The notes: generated from the letters alone by a model not told the origin. A stretch of 63,811 nt of DNA, filler included, from Phoronis australis (GCA_002633005.1; 5 parts of 5 records of this genome joined end to end with filler, not necessarily neighbours in it), one strand, 5' to 3'. Counted from the first letter of the whole stretch, positions 51,411-63,811 are shown. Numbers and translations: made by a program.

Positions 51411-52490
51411 AATGTTGACTGGAACAGTCTTTTTCAAGACAATTGATGGAGAATATTCGAATAAAAATTCCTAGTTTGCTTCGATGCATTATTAACCGTC
51501 TTGTTAGCCAGGTCCATCAGCTTTAAGGAAGAAATCCCCACATCTAGTTATTAAAATGACATCATGAAATCTTGAGACTCTGTTGTCGATCGTGTTTGTG
51601 GTACTGCAGGAAATTTGGTGCACTGTAACTGGTTGTGACGCCGTGGTCTCCCATGTTATTGATAGACAAGTCAATCAAAGTCCAGTGGTTTAACACCTGT
51701 CAAAGTCACTGAAATTAAATAAAGCAATTAAGACTAAATGAAATTAACCTCCGTAATGTAACACAGATCATCCGAAATGAAATTACAAAACTACCAGTTT
51801 TCTGATCCGCAGATTTAGAGACTATGTCCTGAAACCAGGTGTGAAACCGTGTGTGTACAAGAGCAAAGTTGGATATCTGATTTTTCACTCATCTCATGAT
51901 GCACGACCTCACGAAAGAGGCAACTTCAGAGGTTTTTTTACCTTTCCGACTTTGGAGTTATTTTGTCTTGGTGGTTCAGGGACATCTTTGCTTCACTGCC
52001 ATTGGTGGCGAAGTCACTTTCCTGCTTGTCCAGGTCCTTTATGTCTCAAGAAATAGCGTATACATTTCTCCAGCTTTGAAGGTTTATATCTCTAACATTT
52101 GTGTAAAACTTTCAAATATTGTGATTTAAACACTGTACACAAAACGACATTAAAATAATTGTTTTTTAGTGTCTCTCGAAATGACTCGAGAAATCTTCGG
52201 CAATGTACCCTGCGCTATTGCATTTATTTACATTTTTAAATTTTCCTTTACCGCTACTACAGTCTTGCTGCACCGCTGTCGATGACATTAAGTCACGGGT
52301 TTCTGGGCTCATAGACCTTCAGACTAGTTTAGAACTAAATAGATTTACTTCCTGCCGGATTGGTAAGCCTTCGGCCTAACAGGGCCTTTTTAAAAACATT
52401 TTAATAGTCGCATAATTTGCCTTCAGACATGTTAAGCTTCGGAGTATCGAACTCCACCCTATTTACACTAATGCACTATGACTAGCTACG

Positions 52491-55400
52491 TTTAATTATC
52501 TTCTTAATTACTTTTCGCATGCAAGCGCAGAGTTTTGCTGTTCTACGTATCTTATCTTCTTGCTACTCTGCGCGTGCAAGCGCAGAGTACTGTTGTTCCT
52601 GGGTTTTCTTCAATTTCATTACACTGCGCGTGCAAGCGCAGAGTACTGTTGTTCCTGGGTTTTCTTCAATTTTATTACTCTGCGCGTTCAAGCGCAGAGT
52701 TTTACTGTTCTACGTATTTTATCTTCTTATTACTCTGCGCGTTCAAGCGCAGAGTTTTACTGTTCTACGTGTTTTATCTTCTTATTCTTATTATTCTTAT
52801 TACTCTGCGCGTGCAAGCGCAGAGTACTGTTGTTCCTGGGTTTTCTTCAGTTATATTCTTATTACTCGGCGCGTGCAGCGCAGAGTTTTACTGTTCTACA
52901 TATTTCATCTTCATATTCTTATTCTTCCTTCCTTTTCAGATTGTTATTACTCTTACATCCATTCACTTACAATAATCATAATCACTGTGGTTAATATGAC
53001 AATCAAGGGATTTCTATTGATATCGTTTTGACCCAAAATGTACCAGATTGACCCAAAAGGGGTCAAGGAGTGTTTTTTTACAAAATGCTTCTTTTACAGG
53101 TTTTATATAGACTCTTCGAATTTTGGGAACAAGTAGACACTAGAGATCTGCATCTGAAATTTACTTGTAATTCCAATCGGATGAAGGGAACTGAGTTTCC
53201 GGGTCTAAAGGTCATTAAATGCAAATGTGGTTTTTGCGCTAGACCATTTATAATCATGCATATGATTACCATTCATAAAGGAAGGTCAGTCACAAACTTT
53301 GGGGTCACTAGGTGCAATTTTTGGGGTCATTACGTGCAGTTTTCTTTTAAATTTAAGACTTTTTCAATCATCTTGTACTTAAATGATGCAATAGGGAGAG
53401 CGTTCAAATTCATGGTTCTTCATCCAATTGCCGATCAAATTCAATTGATCACATGGATTTGAGTCAAAATGCACCAGATTACCCGAAATGTGTCAAAGAG
53501 TGCATTCCATCAAATTGCTTTTTCTTGGAGAGGTTTTTAGATAGACTCTCTGAATTTGGATAACAATCAGGCAGTAGAGAAGTGCATCCGAAATTTGCGT
53601 GGAATTTAAATCGGATAAAGGGAACCGAGTTTCCGGGTCACAGGTCGTTAAGTGCAAAACCGACTTGTGAGCTAGAGCTTACATAATCGCGTACTATATA
53701 CTTTTCATTCGTAAAGGAAATTCAGTCACAAACTTAGGGGTCATTAGGTGTAACTGTGGTGTCATTTGGTGCAATTTTTCGTTGATATTCTTACTTTTCA
53801 CTCTTGCTCTTTCATAGTTAACAGGGACATCGCTCTCTTTCACACAAAGGTTGCAACTTTTATGCAATGTAATGCTCGTATACTCCACTATGCATGTACA
53901 TACACCACACGCAGAGTTGTAAGTGCCCATACGGAATTGCGTTCTAGTTCTTATTCTTCTTATTATTCTTATTCTTCCTTCCTTTTCAGATTGTTATTAC
54001 TGTTACATAGATTTATTAAGAACAATCATATTCATTGTGGTTGATTCGATAATCAAGGGATTTTTATTGAATATAATGTTTCGACCCAAAATGCACCAGA
54101 ATGACCCAAAGGGGGTCAAAGAGTGCATTTCGTCAAAATGCTTCTTCTTTTACAGGTTTTGAGATAGACTTTCCAAATTTTGATAACAAGTAGGCACTAG
54201 AGAAGTGCATCCGAAAGTTACCTGGAATTTGAATCGGATCAAGGGAACCTCTTTTCCGGGTCAAAGGTCATTAAGTGCAAAATTGATTTTTGAGCTAGAC
54301 ATTTTATAATAACGCACATTATTTCCACTCACAAAGGAGGTCCACACACAAACTTTGGGGTCATGAGGTGCAACTTTGGGGTCACTAAGTGCCGTTTTTT
54401 GTTAAATTTCAGACTTTTTCAATCAGCTCGTACTTACATGTTCTATTATGGAGAGCGTTCATATTCATGGTGACTCAACCATTAGCCAATCAAACACTAT
54501 TGATCATAGGAGTGTGACCCAAAATGCACTCTAGGACCCCAAGAGGGTCAACCGGTATATTTCTTTCAAATGCTTCTCCTGCGATTTTTGAGATTGCCTC
54601 TTCAAATTTCGTGAACACTTTAGTGCCATATAAGTGCACACAGAACTTACTTTGAATTTTAATCTGATCAACTGAACCGAATTTCTGGGTCAAAGGTCAG
54701 TAAGTGCAAAAATGATTTTTTGAGCTAGAGCTTGCATAATCGCGTATATACTTTTCATTCGTAAAGGAAATTCAGTCACAAACTTTGGGGTCATTTGGTG
54801 GAACTGTGGGGTCATTTGGTGCAATTTTCCCTTGATATTCTTACTTTTCACTCTTGTTCTCATTATTATTCTGCGCGTGCAAGATCAGAGTTCTGCTGTT
54901 CTACGTATTTTATCTTCTTATTCTTATTCTTATTCTTATTCTTAGTCTTATTCTTCCTATTCTTCCTTCCTTTTCAGATTGTTATTACTCTTACATCCAA
55001 TCACATTCAGAATCCTTGATACGGTGATCAAGATGTTTTTATTAATCCTAATTTTTGACCCAAAATGCACCGCAATGACCCAAAACGGGTCAAGGAGTGC
55101 ATTTAATTAAAATGCTTCTTCTTCTACAGGTTTTTAGATAGGCTGTTCGAATTTTGTTAACAAGTAGGCACCAGAGAATTACATCCAAAATTTACTTGGA
55201 TTTCCAATCGGATCAAGGGAACCGAGTTTCCGGGTCAAAGGTCATTAAATGCAAAAGTGATTTTTGAGCTAGACCTTCCATTATCATGTATATGATTACC
55301 ATTTATAAAGGAAGTTCATTCACAAACTTTGGGGTCACCAGGAGCAACTTTGGGGTCATTGAGTGCAGTTTTCTTTTAAATTTAAGACTTTTTCAATCAG

Positions 55401-56314
55401 CTTGCATTTAAATGATGCATTAGAGAGAGCGTTCAAATTCATGGTGGTTCAACTAATTGCTTATCAAATTCTATTGATCACATGGATTTGACTCCAAATG
55501 CACCGGATTGACCAGAAACGGGTCAAGGAGTGCATTCCGTCAAATTGCTTCTTCTTCGACAGGTTTTTAGACAGAATCTCTGAATTTTGATAACAAGCAG
55601 GCACTAGAGAAGTGCATTCTTAGTTTACCTGGAATTTGAAACGGATAAAGGGAACCGAGTTTCTGGGTCAAAGGTCATTAAGTACAAATGTGATTTTTTG
55701 AGCTAGACCTTTCATAATCAAACATATAATAACCATTCTTAAAGGAAGTTCAATCACAAACTTTCTGGTCATTAAGTGCAGCTTTCTGTTAAATCTCAGA
55801 CTTTTTCAACCAGTTCGTAATTACATTACCAATTGCCATTCAAAAACTATTTCTAATACGGGTATGACCCAAAATGCACTAAAGGACCCATGAGAGATCA
55901 ACCTGTATGTTTCATTCAAAAGCTTCTCCTTCTGCAATTTTATAGATTTGAAATTTCGTGAACAGCTTGGTGCCATACAAGTGCACCCAGAACTTACACT
56001 GAATTTCTGGGTCAAAGGTCAATTAGTGCAAAAATGATTTCTGAGCTAGACATTTCATCAACACATGTATCATTTTCATTCGTAAATTAAATTCAATCAC
56101 AAACTTTGGAGTAATTAGGTGCAACTGTGGGGTCATTAAGTGCAATTTTCCATTGACATCTAATTTTTCTCTCTTGCTCTTTCATAGTTACCAGGGTTAT
56201 CGCTGTCTTTCACATGAAGGATGCAACTTTTATCAATGTAATGCGCCTATACTTCACTATGCATGTTCATACACCCCGCGGAGTTGGAAGTGCGCATACG
56301 CAATTGCATTCCAG
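52491..56314 (+). mobile_element. Compound array of Helentron-associated (HINE/DINE-1-like) elements with ~430-bp internal repeats
   Basis: 5' hairpin ACTCTGCGCGTGCAAGCGCAGAGT, (TTATTC)n microsatellite, about 7 internal units. The 3' ends are CGCAGAGT + small hairpin + CTAG|TT (53947) and CGCGGAGT...CCAG|TT (56314). Confidence 0.75.
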
Positions 56315-57538
56315 TTTTAGTCTCCGGTTGTTAATTTTCGTCTTCCATCCTTCTTGTTCCGTTTTGGTTATCCGTGGGCTGCGTGGTATCGTTGTTGCGT
56401 GGGTATGGCGATCAAATAAACAAAAACGTGCATTAATGAAATTTACAAACAATCGAGATATCAACTAATGTTTTTAATTTGTCACTCCCATATTAACTGA
56501 GAAATCCTTGTCTGCGCCACGGCAGAAGTGGATCATGGGAACCACAGTTCAGCTACTTGTGGCATCTGCAAAGGAATTCACCATTGAACCTTGAACCTTG
56601 AACGTAATTTGGATTCAGCCATGCTATTTTTCTTAGTATGTTATGGCTTGTGTTAGTATGTTAGTGCAATTGTTAGTCATTATTAGAAATAGCATTAGCG
56701 TCAGTGCGAATGTACCAGCAAGACAAGTAACAAACGTTTAGTCCAAGCGAATAGTAATGGATTTGATAGATACAAAGATCCATCCATTTAAAGTACATGT
56801 GTGGTATGACCTCCCAAATACTAAAACATGACCACAACCTAGAGCACAACAAAAATACAGTAAACACTTAAATCCTATTACAATAATCTGGACATAACAC
56901 AGTTGTCACAGGTGGAGAGCTGTAACTGCAAGTGTCAGCGAGACCAAATTGCATTCAGTAATGAAAGTTATATGACTCTATCGTCTCCTATGTATCGGGT
57001 AAGACCGCATCTCATGGGCGTGCCCTCACGGAAGAGGCAACTTCCTGGCCTCTTTTTAATTTCAGTCTCTGGTGTTATTTTGTGTTAGTGGTCCCGTCAC
57101 ATCTTTCGTTCACTGCCAGTGGTTAAGAAGTCAGGGTCCTGCAGGTTCTGTATGACCCTCGAAAATACCTGTTCAGATTTAGGTCAAATGCCACATACTA
57201 TGATTTGAACACCTATCACAACACGAAAATGTATTGATCATAGTTTACCACATCAACAGTGTTTCTGTGATCACTTCTCGAATATTTTTATCAAATATAT
57301 TTCGATTATGTTATATTGATACCATTGTTTTACTATCAATGTTTTGGGGGTTTTTTTTGCTAAACTTTATGGGTTTTTTGAGTTTGAAGGCTTATATCTC
57401 AGAAATTGGTGATCAGATTTAGGTAAAATGTTCGAATACTAAGATTTAAACATGGTCCACAAAACGAAAAGGAAATGATCACACTTTAGAATATTAACAG
57501 TGTTTCTGATATCACTTATGGAATAATTTCGGTCATTA

Positions 57539-57800
57539 CCATGGCGAGGTCTCTTGGCGACTCCGTGTCAGGAAAGAAGGCTCTTTTACGCGACCTAGCC
57601 ACTGAAGTTGAACAGGCATCGTGTTGGATTTGGATGAAATACCAACAGCAACACCACCAACAACCGTCAGACAGAGCCTGATCAACTATGTTGTCCCGCC
57701 TACTACAAATGGTCTTGGTTTAGGGACGAAACCTTTAAGGACAGTAAGAGACCAACTGAAGATGGCGGTTGAGCACAGTTCCATCAAGTATATAAAGTAA
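57539..57800 (+). mobile_element. 5'-truncated HERO/R2-group non-LTR retrotransposon 3' end
   Basis: 57541-57681 translates MARSLGDSVSGKKALLRDLATEVEQASCWIWMK..., resembling the AExASxWxW C-terminus of restriction-like-endonuclease elements. TCATTA flanks both sides. Confidence 0.6.
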
Positions 57801-58059
57801 GTTCATTAAATCAAATTCGATCTTGTTATTGATACAGTTGTTTTACTATCAATGTGAATTTGTCTTTTATGTGATGAAACCAGGTGTGAAAGAGTGTATA
57901 TGAACAAAGACAGATGGCTGAATAGCTGGCGAGTAGATTTTTCACTTTGCTTTTCAAAATCAAACAAGTGTTCGGTAAAGTTTTGATGGCCCATAGAGCT
58001 CGCATGCAGTTGAAACTTGTAGCTTCTAGGATGTTTATAGCTGAGCAGCACCATACCTT

Positions 58060-59420
58060 TTAGCCCTGGTGTCATTCGTGTAAGTGGTACTTTGGTACAC
58101 TGTCATTGTTTGCAACGTCAAAGTCCAGCGGTTCGACGAATGGTCAAATCGCTAAAAAATCTACAATAAGGTTAAAAGGAAATCAACCCATTGCAAGTGG
58201 TGAAAACATACGACCTCAATTTTAAATTAGAAGTGAGGAAGAGTTGGCCGAAGTTATGAATTCCCGGTATTCATGGTTCCGAAGTTTTTCAAGTCCACAA
58301 ATACATAAATCCGAAGATCCCCATACATCCTGAAGTCCATTAGTTCGAAAGCTAAAAGTTCGAAAGTTTATGACTCGAGGTTCTGAACAGTGACTTCCAG
58401 CAAAACGTTCGGGGGTTTGTAAGCACGTGCCTGTTTGAAACCAGTTCTTCAAAGAGCCAGTGTCTCTGGGAAGGATCCAAACAAAAAAATTTCAATTAGC
58501 AATGAGCTGTCACTTTAATTTACATTTTCATATTTCGGTTCACTGCAACTAAACTTTTGTTGCTCTGCTGTCGTTGAGGTTTTGTGGTCTCATAGATGTT
58601 CGAACCAGTTTTGAACTAACTAGCTTCCTTTTCGGCCAGGTAAGGCGTTTTTAAAAACATTTTCAATAGACGTATTTTGGGTGTCAGGACTTCAGAACCT
58701 TCAGAGTGCCGAGATGTACCCTATTTATACTAAAGCTGTATGAAATGCAAGAAACGTTAGTTCACCTTCATAATTTTCGTCTTTTGAAAACCCTTCTTCT
58801 ACCGTTTTTTGTATCCGTAGGTCGCAGCATATCGTTTAGGTATGGTTATAGTGTGTAAATAGACAAAAACTTGTGTAATAAAACTTTCAAATAATCGACA
58901 AGTCACCTGTTTTCAATTATGCTAATTGAAAAATCCTTGACCTTTTGCCGGCAGAAATCGACCACGGGAACTACTGCTCGAGTCCATCTGGTTGTGGCAT
59001 CTGCAGAAGAATTAAAAAAAAAACACCATTCAGCATGCAATTTGAGACCTTGAACTTCATTTTCGTTTTTTCATGCTTTCTTTCGTGGTATGTCAGTGCT
59101 TAGTATGTCAGTGCAAGTGTTAGTCAGGATCAGAAATAGCGTAAGCGTCAATGCGAAAGAACCAAGAAAACTAACAAAAGTAACAAACGTCTAGTCCAGA
59201 ATCATAGTAATACATTTGATAGACATGCAGATAAATTCACTGGAATAAATGTGCGTGGACCCAAGTGGAGAACTGTAGCTGCATGTGTCAGCCAGACCAA
59301 AATGTCATCAATAACGAAAGTTAAACACCCCTGTTGTCCTTCATGTGTCTGCTAAGGCAGCACCTCATAGCCCGCGCCCTCAAGGAATAGGCAACTTGCT
59401 GGGGGAGAGGTCAGGGTCCT
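58060..59420 (+). repeat. Old diverged duplicate of 51580-52490 + 56315-57150
   Basis: Shared blocks, e.g. TTTTAAAAACATTTT...ACCCTATTTA, TAATTTTCGTCTT, GTGGCATCTGCA and GTAACAAACGTYTAGTCCA, in the same order. Confidence 0.7.
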
Positions 59421-60608
59421 GTTTGTTTAGCTTCAATAGATGCCTATATTCAAAATTGTATGAAAATCTATTGAAGAGCTTTGAAGATACAGAGTTAAAG
59501 GTAAAAAAACTAAAATTGCCNNNNNNNNNNNNNNNNNNNNNNNNNNNNNNNNNNNNNNNNNNNNTTAATTAATTAANNNNNNNNNNNNNNNNNNNNNNNN
59601 NNNNNNNNNNNNNNNNNNNNGCAGGTCCGTGAGTCGTGTTCATGCGTCCGTGCCCGTGTTTATGAGTCCGTTGACCGTGTAGTTTAGGTACCTTGTAGGA
59701 TAACTGTGGATCTGACAAGACAAAGCATGATGACACACCCCATACTGTAAATGATTCACAATAAAACAAGGGAGTACCATAATATTTGAACCAGCTCATC
59801 AATAAATCTCAGTGTTTAGGTACACAAATTAGCGATATTACCCCATTCCTGCAAAGAACAAACATTGCTGCAAACTATGACATCAATTTTTCATAGAACT
59901 ACAAAATGTTCAACTGTACTAGTTTTTTTTTTCTGAAGATGCCATCTTCATGAAGCAGTTGTGGGAACCATCTGTTGCAAACAGACTAATATTCACAAGC
60001 ATACTAAGTAGAGTTATTGAAGCTCTTAATTGCCAACTGAACCATTAGTGGTATTATTTTAAATGATCGAATTTAAGTTCAATTTCTTAATAACACTAGT
60101 TTTGAGTGCAAAACCACAAATAACACTTTGGGATGTGGACTTCTCACCACAATTCTCAGTTCACTAAAGTGGATAAAATGTTGACCTCCGTGCCAGCACC
60201 TTCACCAGTAAGGAGAATGTGGCTCACATGAACTACTACAAGTGTCACTTTTGCTGACACTGCTGGTGTTTTCGCTAACACCTTTGTGTAGCAAGACCAC
60301 TTCCTTCAAAGGGTACACATGCCTAGCAGTAAGAGGCCTTTCTTCATCATCATATAATTAATCAATTTATGAAAGGGAGTGAACATATTTTCACATCAAG
60401 TTTCCCTTAAAAGCGGTTCCAATGGTGACAAAATACCTGCTGGTGAAAATGACCCCAATGCAGTTTCCCTTAAATCCATAGTCCCTATGTACAAATCATT
60501 GTAAAATACATTTAATTTATATTTCAAATAATCTTGAAATTGTATTTTATTTCACTGTACATGTACTTTTTTCTGTTGTTAGCTTTTTTGGGGTGTATGG
60601 AGGATCCA

Positions 60609-61670
60609 GGGGAGGGGTAGTACCTCTGGTGGGGGGGGGNGGTGGGGGGGGGCTTGTTGTACTCCTTCGGGGGTAGTTCGTCCACCTTTGGTCCCCACCT
60701 GTCCTCAGCTCTCACCTGTGGCTCCAAGTAGCTGTAGCATGCGCAGCGGCCACAACCCGGGACACCGCTTCAACAGGCGGGCTAAACCAGGTTGAGGGTA
60801 GCCGACGGGTCTCAAACCCTCGGTGAGTTAGGGACTGCCTACCCTAGCATGTGAAGACAGGCTTCGGCAGACTGAGCGGAAGAGACCCCCAGTGGTCCAA
60901 CGGTCAAGACGGCGGTTTCAGCAAGCGCTGTGGAGCGCTCAGAGCACGACGAGGCACCAAAGAAGTCATGGTCATCCACTGCACTAGGGGTAACCTCCAG
61001 CCGTAACAGTTTTCTGTGCCACTGGATCAAGGTTTCCTCAGCCGAGAGAGTGGGATTGCCCCAGTGCAACGGCTTTACCACTTTAAAAACCATCACGCAC
61101 AGGTTTGTTGTGTGATTATTCTTGTCACCGTCTCAGAGCATAATCTACCGGAATCGCAGTGTGGCTTCCGGCCAGGACGCAGTACGGTGGACATGATCTT
61201 CGCTCTGAGGCAGGTTCAAGAGAAGTGCATTGAACAGAACGTGGCCCTCTACTCAGTCTTCATAGACCTGACTAACGCCTTCGACACTGTCAACCGAGAA
61301 GCACTGTGGACAGTCTGAGTCAATATGGCTGCCTCCGAAAGTTGGTAAATATGGTGCGACTCTTCCATGATGGCATGACAGGTCAGGTCCTCGCAAGCGG
61401 CTACACTTCAGCCACCTTTGACATCTCAAATGGAGTGAAGCAGGGATGTGTGCTCGCGCCTGTTCTGTTCAACTTCTTCTTCACGTGCATGTTGACCCAA
61501 GCTGTGCAGGGACTAGAGGAGAGTGTGTACATCAAATATCGCCTCGACGGCTCCCTCTTTGATCTAAGACGCCTTAGTGCAAAGACAAAGTGCCTGGAAA
61601 AACTTATCCAGGATGCCCTTTTTGCGGATGATTGTGCGCTCCTTTCCCACAAAGAGAATGACCTACAACT
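60609..61670 (+). mobile_element. RTE-clade LINE, internally deleted (5'UTR-like segment fused to RT), cut by the spacer
   Basis: LPESQCGFRPGRSTVDMIF..RQVQEKC.EQN...FIDL..AFDTV; GVKQGCVLAP.LF; YRLDGSLF..RRL; LFADDCAL. One frameshift near 61315; no endonuclease domain. Confidence 0.9.
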
Positions 61671-61770
61671 NNNNNNNNNNNNNNNNNNNNNNNNNNNNNN
61701 NNNNNNNNNNNNNNTTAATTAATTAANNNNNNNNNNNNNNNNNNNNNNNNNNNNNNNNNNNNNNNNNNNN

Positions 61771-61915
61771 AGATATACCTAAACATTCTATGTACAGATA
61801 TACCTAAACATTCTATGTACAGATATACCTAAACATTCTATGTACATATATACCTAAACATTCTATGTACAGATATACCTAAACATTCTATGTACAGATA
61901 TAATACCTAAACATT
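61771..61915. repeat. 25-bp minisatellite, ~6 copies
   Basis: AGATATACCTAAACATTCTATGTAC tandem. Confidence 0.95.
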
Positions 61916-62197
61916 TTATCGTGTGACCGCATTCTTTCTAAAAATTTGTATAATTTTGTTAACAGAGACCAAAACTTTCAGACATAATTTTTTGCACTGA
62001 AACTTGCAAATTATGTTTCTTTCTATTAGTTAAAAAAGCAAGTCTGAGATTTTTCTTCACTACTGTTTAGCCAAAGAGCTCCATCATCTAACATAAGGAC
62101 AATATCTTTGATGATGATGCCAACATCCCTTGGAAAAAATGGAAGTCCTTATTTTTTAACAGCTGAGTTCTCAGACTAAAAGGCCTGAACTTAACAG

Positions 62198-63473
62198 ACA
62201 AGAGCAATGCAGGGCATTGAAATGTGCCCACGAATGCATCGCAAATGGTGTGCTTTTAGGGTTATTTATTTGTATCATAAAAATGGCCACTAGATAGCTC
62301 AAAAATGTACAATCCATCCAAAGACAGCTATGGATGCAAACAAAACAGAGCTACCCCTAGGAGGCGCCACTGTTGTTAGTCGCCATCATCAAACGTCCTC
62401 TTCACACTGAGAACATTTCAATTTTCAAAACCATCCCTAGAAGGATTTGGTTGACCAGGGTTTGAAAACAGCAAAATTGGCCACTAGGTGGCGCAAAATA
62501 CCTAGATTCCATCCAAAAACAGGAGCAAAGCGTCATCTCTTCAATAGATGCCTATATTCAAAATTTTATGAAAAATCTGTTTTGGACCTTTGAAGGAGGT
62601 AAACGTAAAAAACTAAAATTGCCACTAGGGGGCACACGAGTGGTCAGATTTATCCAAAAGTCTTCGTTGTTCGTTGTCGACATCATATAAATACACAGTA
62701 AAAATGGCCACTAGGTGGCGCAAACTAGGTCGAATCCATCTGAAATTAGAAAGATGGCGTCACCTCATTAACAGATGTCTGTATGCCAAATTTTATGGAA
62801 ATACATTGAGGACCTTTGAAGATAAAGAGGTAAACATAAAAAAATAAAATTGCCACTAGGTGGCACACCAGTAGTCAGATCTGTCTGATAGTCGTCATCC
62901 TGCGTTATTAACATCATATAAATGCACTTACTAAATTTAGTAAAGATCCTGCACACGGTTTAGGAGATACAGCCATATGCGCAAAAAAAAATTGCCACTA
63001 GGAGGCGCCACAGTAGTTGAAGTCGTTGGAAAACCATCATCCACTTCATAGTAAGAACATACATGACAATTTTCGCAATCATCCTTTGAGCGGTATGGTT
63101 GATGGAGGGATAGACGCCAAAAAACAGACTCGAAAACAGTAAAAATGGCCAATAGGTGGCGCAAAATACCTCGTATCCATCCGAAAACGAAAGGATAGCG
63201 TCACCTATGTGCCAAATTTCATGAAAATCGGTTGAGGACCTTTCAAGATGCAGAGGCAAACGTAAAAAACTACAAAATTGCCACCAGGGGGTACAGTGGT
63301 ATTCGGGTCAGTCTGAAACTCGTCGCCCTCTGTCGTCAACCCCATAGGAACACACCTGCCAAATTTCAATAAGATTCTCCAAGGGGTTTAGGAGATACAT
63401 CCACGGACGCCGGACGCCCAGACAGAGATGACGGCAATATGCACCCACATATAAATATGTGGGCGCATAAAAA
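62198..63473 (-). mobile_element. HINE/pearl-like element with internal repeats
   Basis: One end is ACAAG + hairpin CAATGC-AGG-GCATTG + ATGTGCCCAC. The other end has GGAC-type repeats and hairpin TATGCACCCACAT...ATGTGGGCGCATA followed by AAAA. Confidence 0.75.
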
Positions 63474-63715
63474 TCCTGGACACATTTTTGTACCAAATAG
63501 AATTAAGAAACAAAATTTGCAAGTTTTGTGTGAAAAATCCATGTCCAATTTCACATGGGCGTAAAATAAGCCATAGAATATTTAATATCTAAGAAATCTT
63601 AACCCTGGCACCGAAGGTGGACAGTTACCTTCATTTCTTAATACTGAATATGAAATGCTTGTACTTGGACATTTTTGCACGTAAATATACACTACCCTGG
63701 CGATAGGAATCTTGA

Positions 63716-63811
63716 GGAAGATATAGAGTAAGCATGTGTCTCCTCAATAGGAAGATAAAGAGTAAGCATGTGTCTCCTCAATAGGAAGATATAGAGTAAG
63801 CATGTGTCTCC
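63716..63811. repeat. 34-bp minisatellite, ~3 copies to window end
   Basis: GGAAGATATAGAGTAAGCATGTGTCTCCTCAATA tandem. Confidence 0.92.

Noticed and set aside
52519-53031. Three overlapping 144-170 aa ORFs
   Set aside because: They are translations of the 55-bp tandem hairpin repeat.
59621-60410. Possible minus-strand exons (DPQLSYKVPKLHG…; YDDEERPL…)
   Set aside because: Acceptor-like sites are present, but there is no recognisable protein or consistent gene model.

Overview
AT-rich, intron-containing, repeat-dense animal DNA. It looks like a marine invertebrate, but that is inference only. It is not prokaryotic, and there are no CRISPR arrays or rRNA genes. The window is five pieces joined by identical 100-nt spacers (44 N + TTAATTAATTAA + 44 N at 11219, 34097, 59521, 61671), so adjacency across spacers is unproven and genes are cut at them. 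Host genes are partial. They include a TATA-box gene whose first coding exon looks like a secreted peptide precursor (9.3-9.8 kb, +), the 5' half of an ACOT/BAAT-family acyl-CoA thioesterase (11.3-14.6 kb, -) and a short two-TSP1-repeat protein (22.1-23.5 kb, -). There is also the last exon of a beta-lactamase-fold hydrolase, partly present twice (32.3-33.7 kb, -), and two paralogous FN3 exons (39.2 and 42.5 kb, +). Most of the rest is transposon-derived: two decayed Gypsy elements (one with PNMA-like Gag), two Kolobok-type elements (one with a THAP domain split by a nested insertion), and MITEs with 0-, ~6-, 7-, 8- and 9-bp target duplications. Also present are Helentron-associated (HINE-like) arrays, RTE, HERO-like and other LINE relics, tRNA-derived SINE heads and minisatellites. 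The most unusual signals are a hammerhead-like RNA with non-standard strand order behind a HERO-like relic, a TIR element with no target duplication (shown by an internal empty site), and the unannotated peptide-precursor exon. Coordinates were read by eye and may be off by a few bases for diverged repeats.
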